Positions 39,737 to 52,800 of a DNA stretch of 64,000 bases are shown here, in pieces; the first letter of the stretch is position 1; each line of letters starts with the position of its first letter. The stretch lies in assembly GCA_964276515.1 (NCBI GenBank), contig OZ193909.1, forward strand, positions 16,740,001-16,804,000, written 5' to 3'. The position numbers were made by a program, and so were the translations under genes. The notes beneath the pieces were generated by a model. The model searched no databases. It had not been told where the DNA came from and saw only the letters and a list, made by a program, of their open reading frames with translations. This stretch comes from Gordius albopunctatus (taxonomy: Eukaryota).

Positions 39737-39951
39737 TTAGGCAGGTCAAGGTGTTGCTGGTCTGTCTAGAAAATCTCAAATCATTGCCCCCAAATTAAAT
39801 ATTTTGCTTAATTCGGGATAAATTTAAAATTCAGGATTTAAAATGTGTTAGTTATATACTATTTCATCTAAACTCATTTAGTACTTTTATGATAAAATAA
39901 TGTTGTGGATATAAATATATGATAAATACATTATTTAATAGAGCCAAGGCC

Positions 39952-41392
39952 TAGTGATGCGGAAAAACCGAGAAAAATCTCGGTGAGACGAGAATTCAAA
40001 AGATGGAGTCGAGATCGAGACGAGAATTTTGATGTCGAGACGAGATTTTATCGGCGAGATCTCGACTTTTTTATCGTTATATTTTAGTAAATTATTGTTT
40101 ATTTTAATTTGCATGATTTACATTTAAGGTATTAAGTGTAAATCAATACGTATGGAATATATTTGACATTAAAAAAATTCCTGTAAATATTATATTTTTT
40201 GCAGGATTTACCTAAGTATGGTTGACCCTTAGGGTATGTGAATAATTTTATAATATCTTTATCACATGATTAAATGCATAGCATTACTAAATATTACAAA
40301 ATTATAGGCTTAGAATGAGTTCTGATTGAATAGTAAATATATAAACAAAGAATATTTATATTTCGCAGTTATTCATCCTGCATAATGCGGTAATTATAAA
40401 TTGGTGGTCAATCAGCTTGAATAATTAAACTAGTTAAGCTAAGGTGACTCGAAATTTTTTAGCACCCGCTTAACGATTTCAAAAGTACAATAGATTATTT
40501 AATGACACCGCAATAGATTAATTCTAAGCATGAGTTTTCTAGAAGTTTTATGCTTCAACTATATTCGATAAATATCTATTTAATGTCAAAGTTAGTTAGA
40601 ATTGGAAGATAATTATTTGGAATATAAATTTGATTTTAATGATTTTTGGCATAAATTTAAATACGTGCAATTTAGAGTTTAAAACCTCATATTCCTAATC
40701 CTATAATAATGCTGCTTTTATTGTTGTTTCTATTCGTTTTTATATGTGCATCTAGTTATCAATTCTGTAAATAATAATATTATCCATTAAAAGTCACTCG
40801 CACATTGTGGTTTATAACGCTATAGTAAACATGCAATGAACACTATGGGCTATAATTAATAATGGTACTAATGGACTTCAATGTTTGCCTTAAGTATGTT
40901 AAGGTCTACTTTGAAGCTTTAGCCAGGGTTAATAAAGGGTCTCAATTTGCTAAATTGTGCAACTAAGTCAACTATAACCGAAATTTATTATTGTCTAAGT
41001 CTATATAGTTGACAAACACGGTGATTTGATACAAACGTTATAATTTGCTAGAACAATAAAATTTAATTTTCTATACTTCAAATTTATTTATAGTATTTTA
41101 GTCTGCACTTTCCATAGAAAATGTTATTTTTTTGAATGAATTCATATCTTTATATTGTCAATGAGATGTCGTGTCCCGCTAAATCTTTAAAAAGTTTGTG
41201 TATTAAAGTTTATCAAAAAATATAAAAATTTGAAAACTTATTTAATATTTTTAATAAAACAGAGAAATTTTTATTCCGTATATATTTTTTTTAAAAAGTC
41301 GAGACGAGACGAGATTGAGATTTTCATAATCGCTGCCTAGACGAAACGAGATTTTGTTTACGAAACCGAGACGAGACGAGATCGAAACACTA
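39952..41392. mobile_element. Non-autonomous hAT element
   Basis: TAGTG...CACTA termini, CGAGA subterminal repeats at both ends, perfect 8-bp TSD CCAAGGCC. Confidence 0.88.
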
Positions 41393-42883
41393 CCAAGGCC
41401 CTAGAAGCCAGTCCTGCTTTATTGAATAAGTTAAATTAACTATTAGATGAATCGCACTTAAATAGATTTAATATTTAATTTACTTGAGCTTGCGATTTTT
41501 TAAAGCATATTATATAATAGATATGGACTTGAAAAGGTATGAGCTAAAGCAAAGCTGGTGTTAGGTATACCTGAAAAAACTATTTAGAAAAATATTTACT
41601 CTTAATATCCTAAATATTAAATGAAAATCTTCCTTGTTATTCAAAATCTAAAGCCGGAATTTCACTGCATATAGTCTGGTCTCAAGGTTTAAATTCTCTC
41701 TCAATTTTGGCTCGATTTTTAAAATTCTCGTCTCCTTTAATCCCTAAAAACTAAAACTTTAACGCAGTCGAGAATTCTTTGCACCACTAACAGGTATAGT
41801 TCTTAATTCAAATAAATTAATGTTCAACCCCACCCCCGTACCAAAAGGTACAAAGCGAGCTAGCCTTTTTTAATGCAACCTATATGGCTACGGCATATTT
41901 TTTTTTATCTAGCATTCTTAAACTTGCTCTTAACCAAGCTCACACACCCCTCGGTCAAATTGTTGGGACCCAGGTGATAGAGGGGCGCAGATTTACCGTA
42001 CTAAATTCAAAGCACTTAAATCAAATTGCGAAATCCCATTGTCTTATTTCACATAGAGAACTTCTACTTTTTGCTAGTACACTTATGCACTATTGTCAAA
42101 ATTTACTTAACAAGTAACCATCTACAGTGAGAAACACAGTCCGTTTTTAACTTTGAAAGATTATGAAGTCTCTTCTCCAATGACTCATGTCTCATGACAG
42201 GTCATCTTTTCAATATGGCAAGACATGAGTGGATTTAAGTTTGTACTCCCGAACCTATTTCTGTTTGTTGTCGACATTATTAATCATCATATTTACATAT
42301 CTAAAATATGTATTAATGTCTGCCTTTTTTGCTAATCAATTTTTGAAACAGTGAACTCTTAAAATTATTACTGTCTGTTTTTGAAAATGAACCACTAAAA
42401 TCTTGTTTACAACTCCTGAGTAAGTTTTATGCAAAAGATCTATATAGGATGTCGGTTAAAATTATCATAAATAATAACGAGACACTGCTATATCGTCCTA
42501 CATGTATATAGTTTTCATATTAACACCCTAAAGATACCTCACATCCAACTCTCGCCAAAAAATAATTTATTATAATAATGCAAGCCTTAGTAGCCAATAA
42601 TTTTTAAACCTTCCATAGCTTTCAAAGTCCTATAAATTGTTCGTCAAAATCAGAGGTAGTAATTTAAAACTTCCAATTTTGTCTTTCGCAATTTATCAAT
42701 CACCCGTAAATATTTGTGCATAAAGATTTATAGTTTGGCGACTAGCAAACAAATTAATTTGGTAATTTATTATAATGCTATTTATTAGTACTACACGTAA
42801 TACTTTTACTAAATAACACTGAGCGCTTTACTATTGTATAATAAAATAATTTAAATTTATTTAGTCATAATATCAGATTATTA

Positions 42884-43384
42884 ATGAGTTACAAGCCACC
42901 TACCCTAATTTCGTATGAAAATTCTTCAGAAGATGAAGATACTATAAAGGATAAAGCTGTCCATAGTTATTATTCTCGTACAGTATTTGAAACCAATATT
43001 GATGAAAATAACATTTTACAAGTGACAAGCATTAATGAAAGTTCTTTGACAAATGATGTATGTACATCACCTAGATCTCAAGCTTTAATTGATGGCAACA
43101 TGTTTGAGAAAAGGATGTTTGATATTAATTTGAAATCATCAGAAAATCCTCTTACAAATGATTTTGAATATACTGAAAATAATAATTCTGATATTAAAAG
43201 TTATGAAGAGATTATTACTCCAACCAAACATAAAAGTGCAAGTGTTTCATCAGAGAGAATAAAGTTTGATATATCTGGTAAATAATATATTTTCCTTTGT
43301 ATCGTATTAAATCTAATATTATATTTTGCTTAGATTCAGATAAAGAAAACAATGAAATCATCGATAATCTTCAAAATACCACTA
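42884..43384 (+). CDS. Candidate upstream/alternative first exons of SAP30BP (42884-43277, 43334-43384)
   Basis: MSYKPPTLISYENSSEDED... acidic N-terminus; 56-nt GT-AG intron in phase; strong phase-1 GTAAGT donor at 43385. Confidence 0.6.
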
Positions 43385-44023
43385 GTAAGTTTTAAAAGCA
43401 TAACATATTTTAATAATAAAACTATTAAATAATATTATGCTATGTATAAATACATAAAACTCTACAACTTTAAAAGCTTGTTATGTTAGGTATTTTTTTA
43501 ATATCAAATAATTTGCCTTTCCTACCTAAATTATTAAATATTAACTTAAAAATTATCTTATCAATGATTAACATTAGGTTGTCACTTTCTCATGATTTTT
43601 TATATGATCAAAAAATATTTATTGACCCCTCTAGGCTATGTTTGTTTAGATAAATTATCTTTAAAAAAGCTATTGACCTGGAATATTTTCCTGCATCAAT
43701 TTTTATGGGCAAATCCTTTTAATTTTTTTGAGGATGTCCACATATATTTATGTTATATTTAAAACAAAAGGGCTTAATAACTAGATGTTTATGTTAAAAA
43801 AAACTTGACTCTTCCATAAAAGATTAAGAATGAGCCAAGGCTTTTAGTTGCCCTTTTTTATCAAAGTACAAAGTAGGTAGCTATTTATATTTTGATTTCT
43901 GAAAATAACTTGTAACATTAGTTGACACTTGGAATTTCATAAATGAAACCTTTATAAAAATTCCTGGTTTTGATTATCGCGTGGGTAGAACGTAAGAAAA
44001 AGCCCTCCTCGAGGAAAAACGAA

Positions 44024-47000
44024 ATGACTTCACTCAAGCGCCTCGTTTCTTACGGCGAGGGCGCAGGTGATACCACGATCCACGACGACGAAGACGAAGA
44101 AGAATCACCCTCAGGATCTTCTTCACCCCCCGACGACTCGTCACCACCCCCCGCCGCTGCCTCGCCTCTTCCCCTATCTCAACGCGATCGCATCTTAGCG
44201 AGCGCCGAACAACAGCTGATAGAATCAACGGAAATCCTCAAACACGAAGTACAAATGGCGAAATGCCGTAAAGAAATTGAGCTTTATTTATAAAAATGTG
44301 TTGTTTTTTATTAATAAAAATTCCAAAAAACATAGCAAATACATTATATATACGCCTTTCTTTTTTAATTAAAATAACATGCTAAATACTTAATGGTTAA
44401 TAAATATCCTTTCTTTTCCCATAGTTTTGCCTATAAATAGCTAATGCTAAGTTTTATTGATAGTTATTTTTAATATTTGGAATGATAGGCGGGTCTGATT
44501 TTTAATCGTTTAAGCCTCCAATGATATAAATGCAGTATAGCTGTTTGTTACACTTGGTGGTCAGTTTTTTTAAAGATTGGATTAGGCACCATGCCTGGCT
44601 ATTTGAATATGTAAAATATTTTCAATCTTAGTGATAAAAAGTTTTGTATTTTAAAGATAAAGCCTATACCTTTCTGACCCTATTTAAACTGTTTGTAACA
44701 GTAAAAATGAATAATTTTGGAGCTTGCAGTTGTTGAATAACATCTAATGGTTATCGTTAAATGCCTACTGAATATTATTTCTACATTTATTTGACACTTG
44801 GCTAATATATTTGTGATGTATAAACCTAATTCTATAGTTTTAACTTTAATAAATTAAAATATTTCAAATTTTATTCATTTTTAACCTTGTTGTTATAGGT
44901 GGAAGAAGTTGACCAAATTGAAGTTAACGAGATAAGGCCTCCGCCCCCTGCGCCATCCGTTGGCAGGAATCGTGACACATCTGGCAATTGGTCCGATTAC
45001 ATTTTTGATGAAGACGAGGGGGATAACTTCGGTACATTTAAATCGATATCATTCTTAGCCTTAGAATAATTTTGCAGGGACTTAATGATTAACTGTATAG
45101 GGGTATTGATAATGCGCCTTAATAATTGAATACTCTCAAGGAAATCTATACATATACATGATAATGCGTGCTACCTGAGAAAAAATGTCAAAAGAATGGA
45201 ATAACATCATCAATTGCTTATTGATGAATCAATCAATTTACGTCTATAGATTTGCCGTTTTGGTAAAAGTAGTTTAAATTTTAACAACATAATAAAGGAT
45301 TATTAATTATAACTATTTTAAAACTGTTTTGGCCATAACATAACTAATTTATTTTTACGCTAATATATCGTCTGCTTTGTTAAGTTGTGCATGGTAGCCT
45401 TGTTTATGTTTGGTAGAACTATTAAATACCCTTATCCCATTGTAATGAGTTGTGCCATTTTATTCATTGCAAACGCGCTTAAGCAAATTTCTATCTAATA
45501 AAAGATGTATTTAGCTGATTTAGTTTTGTATAAAAAATGCTTGTTGGTGAAAAATGTTTATTAAATTTTTTATAATGGATTATTTCTATTACAATTTAAA
45601 CAATGATAAGTTTAAATAATCAAACTCAATGATCAACAAAAATTTGATTCATAGAATTTTAAAATTACGGATTGGACTTACGCTTAAAAAACTAATTTTG
45701 GATCGGTAATTTATTAATTACCTGTAAATTCTCATGTTTGATTAAACGTCAACACCTATTCCCTATAAACAAAGGCGTGGGGGAGTTGGACAAAGGCGAG
45801 GGGGCCACGGAAGATGGAGTTTTTTCCCTTCAAACCGATGCCTCCACCGCTCTACACACATCAACCTCCGCCGTTTCAACTGGCGCTCAGCCCAAAGACC
45901 CAGCAGCCACAGGTTCAGAAATTTTGCTAGATCAATTCGGAAACCCCATAACTCAAGCGACCCTCACAAAAGCACCTCGAGTATTTTGGGACCCGCTCGG
46001 TCCGGTCTGGTCTTTAGCCGCGGGCCTACAGAAAATCTATGGCAACGACCCGACCTCCATCGAAAGGCCCGTAGACGAGTTGTTGTCCGAACCGCCAGGG
46101 CGCTGTTCCGAGGCGCTTCAAGCTAAATTTCGCACTTTTTACGAAAGAGCTGCACGAGAAGCCCGCTCCGACCCGAACGCCTTTAACGCTGTTGACGGCT
46201 CCGTTAATGCAGGTTTGTTAAACATTCCCTATTATTTTGAGTTAAAAACGCTAGATGTTAAAGTTTTTAATGACTGAAAACTTGGCGGGCCCTCTTACAT
46301 CGTTATGACACTCTTACAGTTTTACTATTAAACAAACCAAATCTGTGCAAGTTATTTTGGAATTTTATATATAGATTCGGGTAATGTGTATTTAAATTGA
46401 AAAAAAATTCTCAAAATTTTCAATATAGCCTTTTTTTATATTTTTTTTGCAAATTTGTAGTGAAATGAATCTTGTGATAATTTTAAACCAATAAGTTAAT
46501 TGTATTGGGTTACCATAAACGATTAGTTGCCATATAATGATTCTTAAAATTAAGGTCGTCGATTTTGTGTTTGTCAAGTTTTCAGGGTGAAATAATTTTT
46601 GTAGATAAAAATAATTAACTTTATTTCGTTATCATAAAAACGGTTAGTTGCCCTATTCGACCTAAAAAATCAACCTAAATCCCTTATTTAACGATGCCAG
46701 GCTCTTCGCTCGACATGAACGCGGTGATATGCGACAACAAAGCCTTTCGCAACCCGAGTATCTACGAAAAGTTGTTGCAGTACTGCGACATAGACGACAG
46801 CGGCACAAACGCTATTCCCGACCCAGCCTATTTTGCCTCCCCCACCCCGGGCGTCAAAAAGCGTGACGCTCCCGACTCCAAAGGCGGCATTTACAACGTC
46901 AAGCGTGCTACCGGGAAACGCTTGTGGGCGGCAGCTTCGTTTTACGAAGAGCTGGCGCGTGCCCAAAAGGCCGAGATGGAACGTTGGGAAAAGGAACGCA

Positions 47001-47324
47001 CGATTCAACGCTCTGCCCTTAACGCTGCCGCTCCCACTTGCGCCACAGCCTCTTCCTCGGTCAGCCTGCCTACCATCAATAGCGCTCCACCCGTTACGGG
47101 CGCCCCCGTAATCGGCACTAGCGCCAGCGTTTCTATCCACGAGCGCTCTAGCGTCAAACTCGAATTTCGAAAGGTAACACACGGCTAATGCTCGCTAACC
47201 TGTCATTTTCAGTATTGCCATCAAACAACCATATTTATCTAGTAATTTATATTATAATTCCATTAGTGTCATGTGGTCGGAATGAAGGTTTATGTCCTTT
47301 TTTTTCTTTTAGGCGAATTCCTGA
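44024..47324 (+). CDS. SAP30BP: SAP30-binding protein (HCNGP); exons 44024-44248, 44899-45031, 45775-46212, 46701-47173, probable last exon 47313-47324
   Basis: EPPGRCSEALQAK, DMNAVICDNKAFRNPSIYEKLLQYCDIDDSGTN and SFYEELARAQKAEMER match the HCNGP domain; junctions are in phase. The last exon is uncertain. Confidence 0.9.
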
Positions 47325-47963
47325 CTAAATAATTGAGGCGACGTTAAATAATATAGGCGCAACCAGCTATGCTTAATGTAAAATAATAATTAACATGACT
47401 TTAGCCTAATAAGTACTAGTTGCCTTGCAATAAATTTGTAATTGGCGCTAACGAATTTCGTCCACGAATTATGAATACTTTGTGGAAGTAATTTATGGCG
47501 TTTATAACGTATTCGGTCTAAGTAAAACGAAATGAGAATCGTTATAATATTTTTTTTTATATAAATTGGATGCTTTGGTGATTTGCATAGACCATTTTAA
47601 ACTTGGTCCTTGAAAGGCGATATTTTTTCGGGTTAATTCCATTTTGCAGAATTTTCCCTTTTAAAACCCATTCAAACTTAAAATCAACCAAAACTGATAT
47701 TGAAATGAGAACAAAATTATAAATGCATTTAAAAAACGTTGGATCTTATGGTTTTGCAAAATATTTTTGATAAATAGATGCACTTTTTGGGGTTTGCATG
47801 GGCCGGCCCGCAGGTCCAAGCCCGGCCCGCGGGCCGTGCCGGGCCTAAAATAGAGCAATCAAAAAGTGCGGGTCGGGCTTGGGCTTTGAAAAGTATAAAA
47901 ATTGGAATTTATTTAACTATACTAACAAAAAAATTCACTAATTAGTTTAACAATATAAAAATT

Positions 47964-48985
47964 TAGTGCTGTAAGTGAACGCGTTCAAATTTTATGAACG
48001 CGTTCATGAACGGCGTTCTTTTATTTTTTGGTGAACTTTGAACGTGAACGCGTTCCTTTTTTGATGAACGCGTTCGAATTTAACGTTCGTTCAATTTTAA
48101 AAACCCTTTTTTGTTTTTATTTATTTGAAAATTGATGTCAATCCAAATTTTTAACAAAAAAGTATTATAATTTTTAATCAGCTGTTTTTACTGTTTCTTA
48201 TACCAATTCCGAAATACTTTTAACATACTATAACGTGCAAAAGAAGATAAGATTAAAGTTAATTAGTTTGATATTATTAATTATAGTTTAATTTATAGGT
48301 TAATATGGACAATCATAATATTATATCGTCGTCATCTTCAGATTCTGAATATTCAAAATCAGCAGATGAATTGAAATTGCCATGGCCAAAATATGAAAAA
48401 TATTTTTCACTCGTTTCATAAAAAAGATCAAATTCAATAATTAAAATGAACCTATAAAGAATAAACTTTTAGTGTTATTGAAACCCCTAGAATTGATAAT
48501 GAATGAGCTGTCAATTCCGAGATATCATTTTTTGGCGAGGAAGGATGATATCTTGTCGCAATTTTTTGAAGCGAGGGACAAAACATTAAAAGTTTTAATA
48601 AATTTCCTCTGAAAAATTTGTTTATTAAGTATAATACTCCAATCCCCTCATCTTCCCCTGTGGAGCAGGTTTTTAGTATAGGTAATGCTGTATTAACTGC
48701 CAAGCGTTCCTGCTTATCAGAAGACAATTTTGAAAAACAATTATTATTAAAAATAAATAAGAAAATAGATTATATTGATTTATAATTATATTGTCGAAAT
48801 AAATACTATTATTGTTTATCATGGCTATTTATTGTATTAAAAAATATACGACATTTATTTATATTAAATTAAACTTTAAAAAAATGTATCATAAAATTTT
48901 GAACGAACGTGAACGCGTTCCTTTTCTTTTTAGACGAACGTGAACGTGAACGCGTTCGATTTTTTTACAAATGTTTACAGCACTA
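47964..48985 (+). mobile_element. Internally deleted hAT transposon nested in another hAT remnant
   Basis: TIR TAGTGCTGTAA/TTACAGCACTA and GAACG subterminal repeats. The + strand ~48603-48784 encodes FIKYNTPIPSSSPVEQVFS...KRSCLSEDNFEKQLLLK (hAT C-terminal dimerisation domain). AAAATT-containing direct repeat at the flanks. Confidence 0.85.
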
Positions 48986-48989
48986 AAAA

Positions 48990-49766
48990 TTTAATTTTCC
49001 GAACAACGATCTGGTGGAAATCATTATGTTAAAAATGATAAAATAATCAGTTTTTTATCTGGCAAAGATTTATTGGAAAACTTGAAGACATTTCCATAAA
49101 ACATATCATGCTATTAATTAATATGCTTTCACCTTATGAAAAGGCAAGTATCGAGTTAGAAGCGCATAAGACACCAACACTCTATAAAATATTATCCTTT
49201 TATAAAAAGCATCGCAAATTTGTTTCCAATGATGATCCTGTTGCCTTAAAGATCTACAAATTGAAGTCAAGAGCCCAAACTATGCTAATTTCAAAGTCAA
49301 ATATCGATATTTATCGTAAAATATTAACCTTTCTAGTTTCTTAGTTTAGCTCGTTAGCTACCCGAATATTGAAAAAGCTTCTAAAAAAACTATGTTAACA
49401 GATTTTGATGATTTAAGAAGATCGTGGCTCTTGAATAGATCTTCTTGCATAAGTCGTTCAACCTAAAGTGATCCAGCTTAGGTGGGCAACACTAAGGAGT
49501 TCATATTTTCTATTTGGGACGATGATGAAACGGGGAAAAAACCTGAAGATGCTAAGCTAGATGTAATTATATGGTGGAAAGAACACCAACTTATGCTACC
49601 AAACTTAACAAAATTAGCTGGTCAGTTTTTGTCAATTCCAGCCAACAATTCTACGTGTGAACGCACATTCAGTAAGGCAAGTCGCCTTATAGCACAGAGA
49701 AGAACGAAATTATTGCCTGATAAAATAGATGGTCTATTATTTTTAAATGACAATATTAAATTGTAA
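48990..49766 (+). pseudogene. Degenerate hAT transposase C-terminus; GGGCC-repeat left-end region at ~47800-47885
   Basis: PYEKASIELE...PTL; WWKEHQLMLPNLTKLAGQFLSIPANNSTCERTFS...RRTKL (hAT dimerisation domain). Confidence 0.85.
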
Positions 49767-49865
49767 TTTTTAATTAAAACCGATTTTATTTGCTATAGCT
49801 AAATTATTTTTTGAACAATACAAAATACTTTTTATAAAAATAAATAATTTTGAAACAACGTATAC

Positions 49866-52800
49866 GGGCTATTCCATGACATATCAAAACGGTTTCGGCC
49901 CACCATCTCAGATCGAGCTGATTTTTTGTGAGAATTTAGACCCTATAGGAAATAGTAATTTCTGAAAATTTTAACCATTTTGGGCCAATACTTTTTAAGT
50001 TATGGACGCTAAAATGGCCAAAATCACGCTCGAGTGCGTTTTACAAATTTTACTATTATTGCCATAATTTCAAAAGTATTGGTTCTAGCTTCGTAAATTT
50101 TATTGCATTTTAATCCTTATAAAATTCTCTACCAGAAAAATGTAACCTAAAACCTCAAACTTTTGTGGTTGAAGTTTTGTGGTTAAATTTGTGGAAAACC
50201 AAAAAAACTTACTTCGCCACCAGCTATAATCACCAAATTCACCATGGGGATTCCCCTATGTCCAAATATCAAATTTCTAAAATAAAAAGTTTGGGGACGG
50301 CTATGAGGTGGTCAGGAAATCGAAAAAACACTAATAAATTAAATTAATTTATAGGTGGCGCTATAAACAACTATTGCGAATCTGATATTTTAACTATACT
50401 TTATTATTAAAGGGCCACATAAAGATATATCTGATAAATAAACAAAGTTGGAATATAACCTTATGAAAAATTCTTAAATATTGACTTAATTAAAAACAAA
50501 TTAAGGGAATTCGATATTACATTATGACTTTTTATCTAAATTATACAGGGTTAGATTACAATTGCTTGGTTTTTTATTGCCTTAAAAGATATAAAATCGC
50601 AGCTGGCACATCATCCTAGCTTTCTACAATTAAATGATTAAGGCCATATGTGCAACAACGCTATTAATTAAAGCACAAAATCGATGTCCTATTAATTTTA
50701 TTTGTTTCAACTGGCTATAATTTCATTAAATACTTTAATTTTGTGTCAATTAATTTCCATGCATAAAACCACTTATTGTTGTAATCCATTTAAGACCCAT
50801 AAAGGTAAAATCAAAGGAATAAGAAATGTTTCTAAATGGATGACCTTCTTAGATCCCAATGCGAAATTATGTGACACATGTCGCAAATTAATTTATCAAC
50901 GCCGGGATATTCCAAATATTAATCCGTCTGTTGATCCTTCTTTCTCCCCCCCAATAAATGAAATTATAGACAAAGCAGGACCATCTATTCAAGCCCTTAA
51001 TACCTCATTATCTATGATTGCCGAATCGCCGATTAAAATGAAGAGATTCGTAGAAAAAAAATATCCATCAAGAAAATTAGCAAAAATTAAAAAAAGCCTT
51101 GCCACAACCTTGGAAATCGTCGAGGAAAACAATCAATTATCGGTCGATTCTGAATTACTAGATAGTATGAAATCTAGTTTTCATTCATTAAACAAAAGTA
51201 ATAAATATCGGATTCTAACACTACTCCCCGATAGTTGGACGGCCCAAAAAATCAAGACAATTTTTAATGTTTCATACTATATGGCAAGACGGGCGAAAAA
51301 ATTGAAATTAGAAAAAGGAATTTTATCTACCCCAAATCTGCAGCCAGGTAAAACATTAAGCAGTTTTGAGATAGAATTAGTCGAGCAATTTTATTTATCA
51401 GATGATTTCTCCCGAGTAATGGCAGGAAAGAAAGATTTTATTTCTATGCTTGTTAATAAGAAGAAGACTAAAGTGCAAAAACGATTAGTTTTATTAAATC
51501 TGAAAGAACTTTATTTACAATTTAAAGAAGCGAATCCCAGTGTTCAACTTGGCTTTTCAAAGTTTGCAGAGTTAAGGCCCAAAAATTGCATTTTAGCGGG
51601 AGTAAGTGGCAGTCACAATGTCTGTGTTTGCCAATACCATCAGAATGTCAAATTAATGATGATCGGAGCAAATTTTAATAAATTAACTAGCAATGACATG
51701 TACCCTCTCAAAACATATAAGGATATATTAGCAAAAATTATTTGTAATCCGCCTCTACCACTTTGTTATTTAGGAAAGTGTTTACATTGTCCAGGTGTCA
51801 TTAATATTAAACAACGAATATCAGAAATATTTAAATCGTCAGATATAGAATACATAAAATATAAACAATGGCTAAGTGTAGATAGGACAACCCTAGAAAA
51901 TTTAAATAAACATAGTGAAGATTTTCTAGAGGATTTTTGCGAGAAAATTGGTCATTTATTATATCATTCCTTTATAGCCGAACAACAAGCAATGTTTTTA
52001 AAAAATTTGAAGCTTAACTTAAATTGCTCTGAAGTAATAATTTTAAATGATTTTGCGGAAAACTATAGTTTTGTGGTGCAAGACGCGGTTCAGGCCTATC
52101 ATTGGACCAATGTCCAGGCCACAATACATCCCTTTGTTGCTTACTATAAAAAGGGCGATGAATTGAAATGTGCAACATTCATTATGATATCCGAATGTCT
52201 GCAGCATAATACTGCCAGCTATAGCGCATTTCAAAAACGTTTTATAAACTTTTTATTGCAAGAGCTAGATTTTCAACCAAACAAATTTTACTATTTTTCA
52301 GATGGATCCGCCGCACAGTATAAAAATCGAAAAAATACAATCAATTTATGCCATCACATTGATGACCACGGTATTAAAGCAGAATGGCATTTTTTTGCAA
52401 CTTCCCATGGCAAAAGTCCTTGCGATGGTGCTGCTGGTACTCTGAAACGTTTGGCTTACAAGGCGAGTTTACAAAAACCATTTGAAAATCAGATAACACA
52501 GCCTTTCGAATTGTTTGAATGGGCAAAAAGAAGTTTAACAAACATAAGTTTTGGGTATATGTCAAATGACGAGGTTAAACAAGAGGAATTGAGACTTGTT
52601 TCAAGGTTCAATCGGGCGAGACCTATAGCTGGAATGCAAAAATTACACGCGTTAATACCGATTGATAGAAAGAGTGTAAAAACAAAGACATATTCAAATT
52701 CGAATGAATATTTTAAGGAAGAAATTCAACGAGCGGATGAAATTGATTTGGCATACCTAAATGGTTATGTGGCATGTAAATACCAGAGCAAATGGTGGTT

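Noticed and set aside
46688..47182. Antisense 164-aa ORF over SAP30BP
   Set aside because: Expected shadow of a GC-rich exon; no motifs.
48452..48727. Minus-strand 91-aa ORF
   Set aside because: Antisense to the + strand hAT dimerisation remnant.
50165..50347. Mirror 60-aa ORFs (also 53361-53543)
   Set aside because: Incidental ORFs inside the two TIRs.
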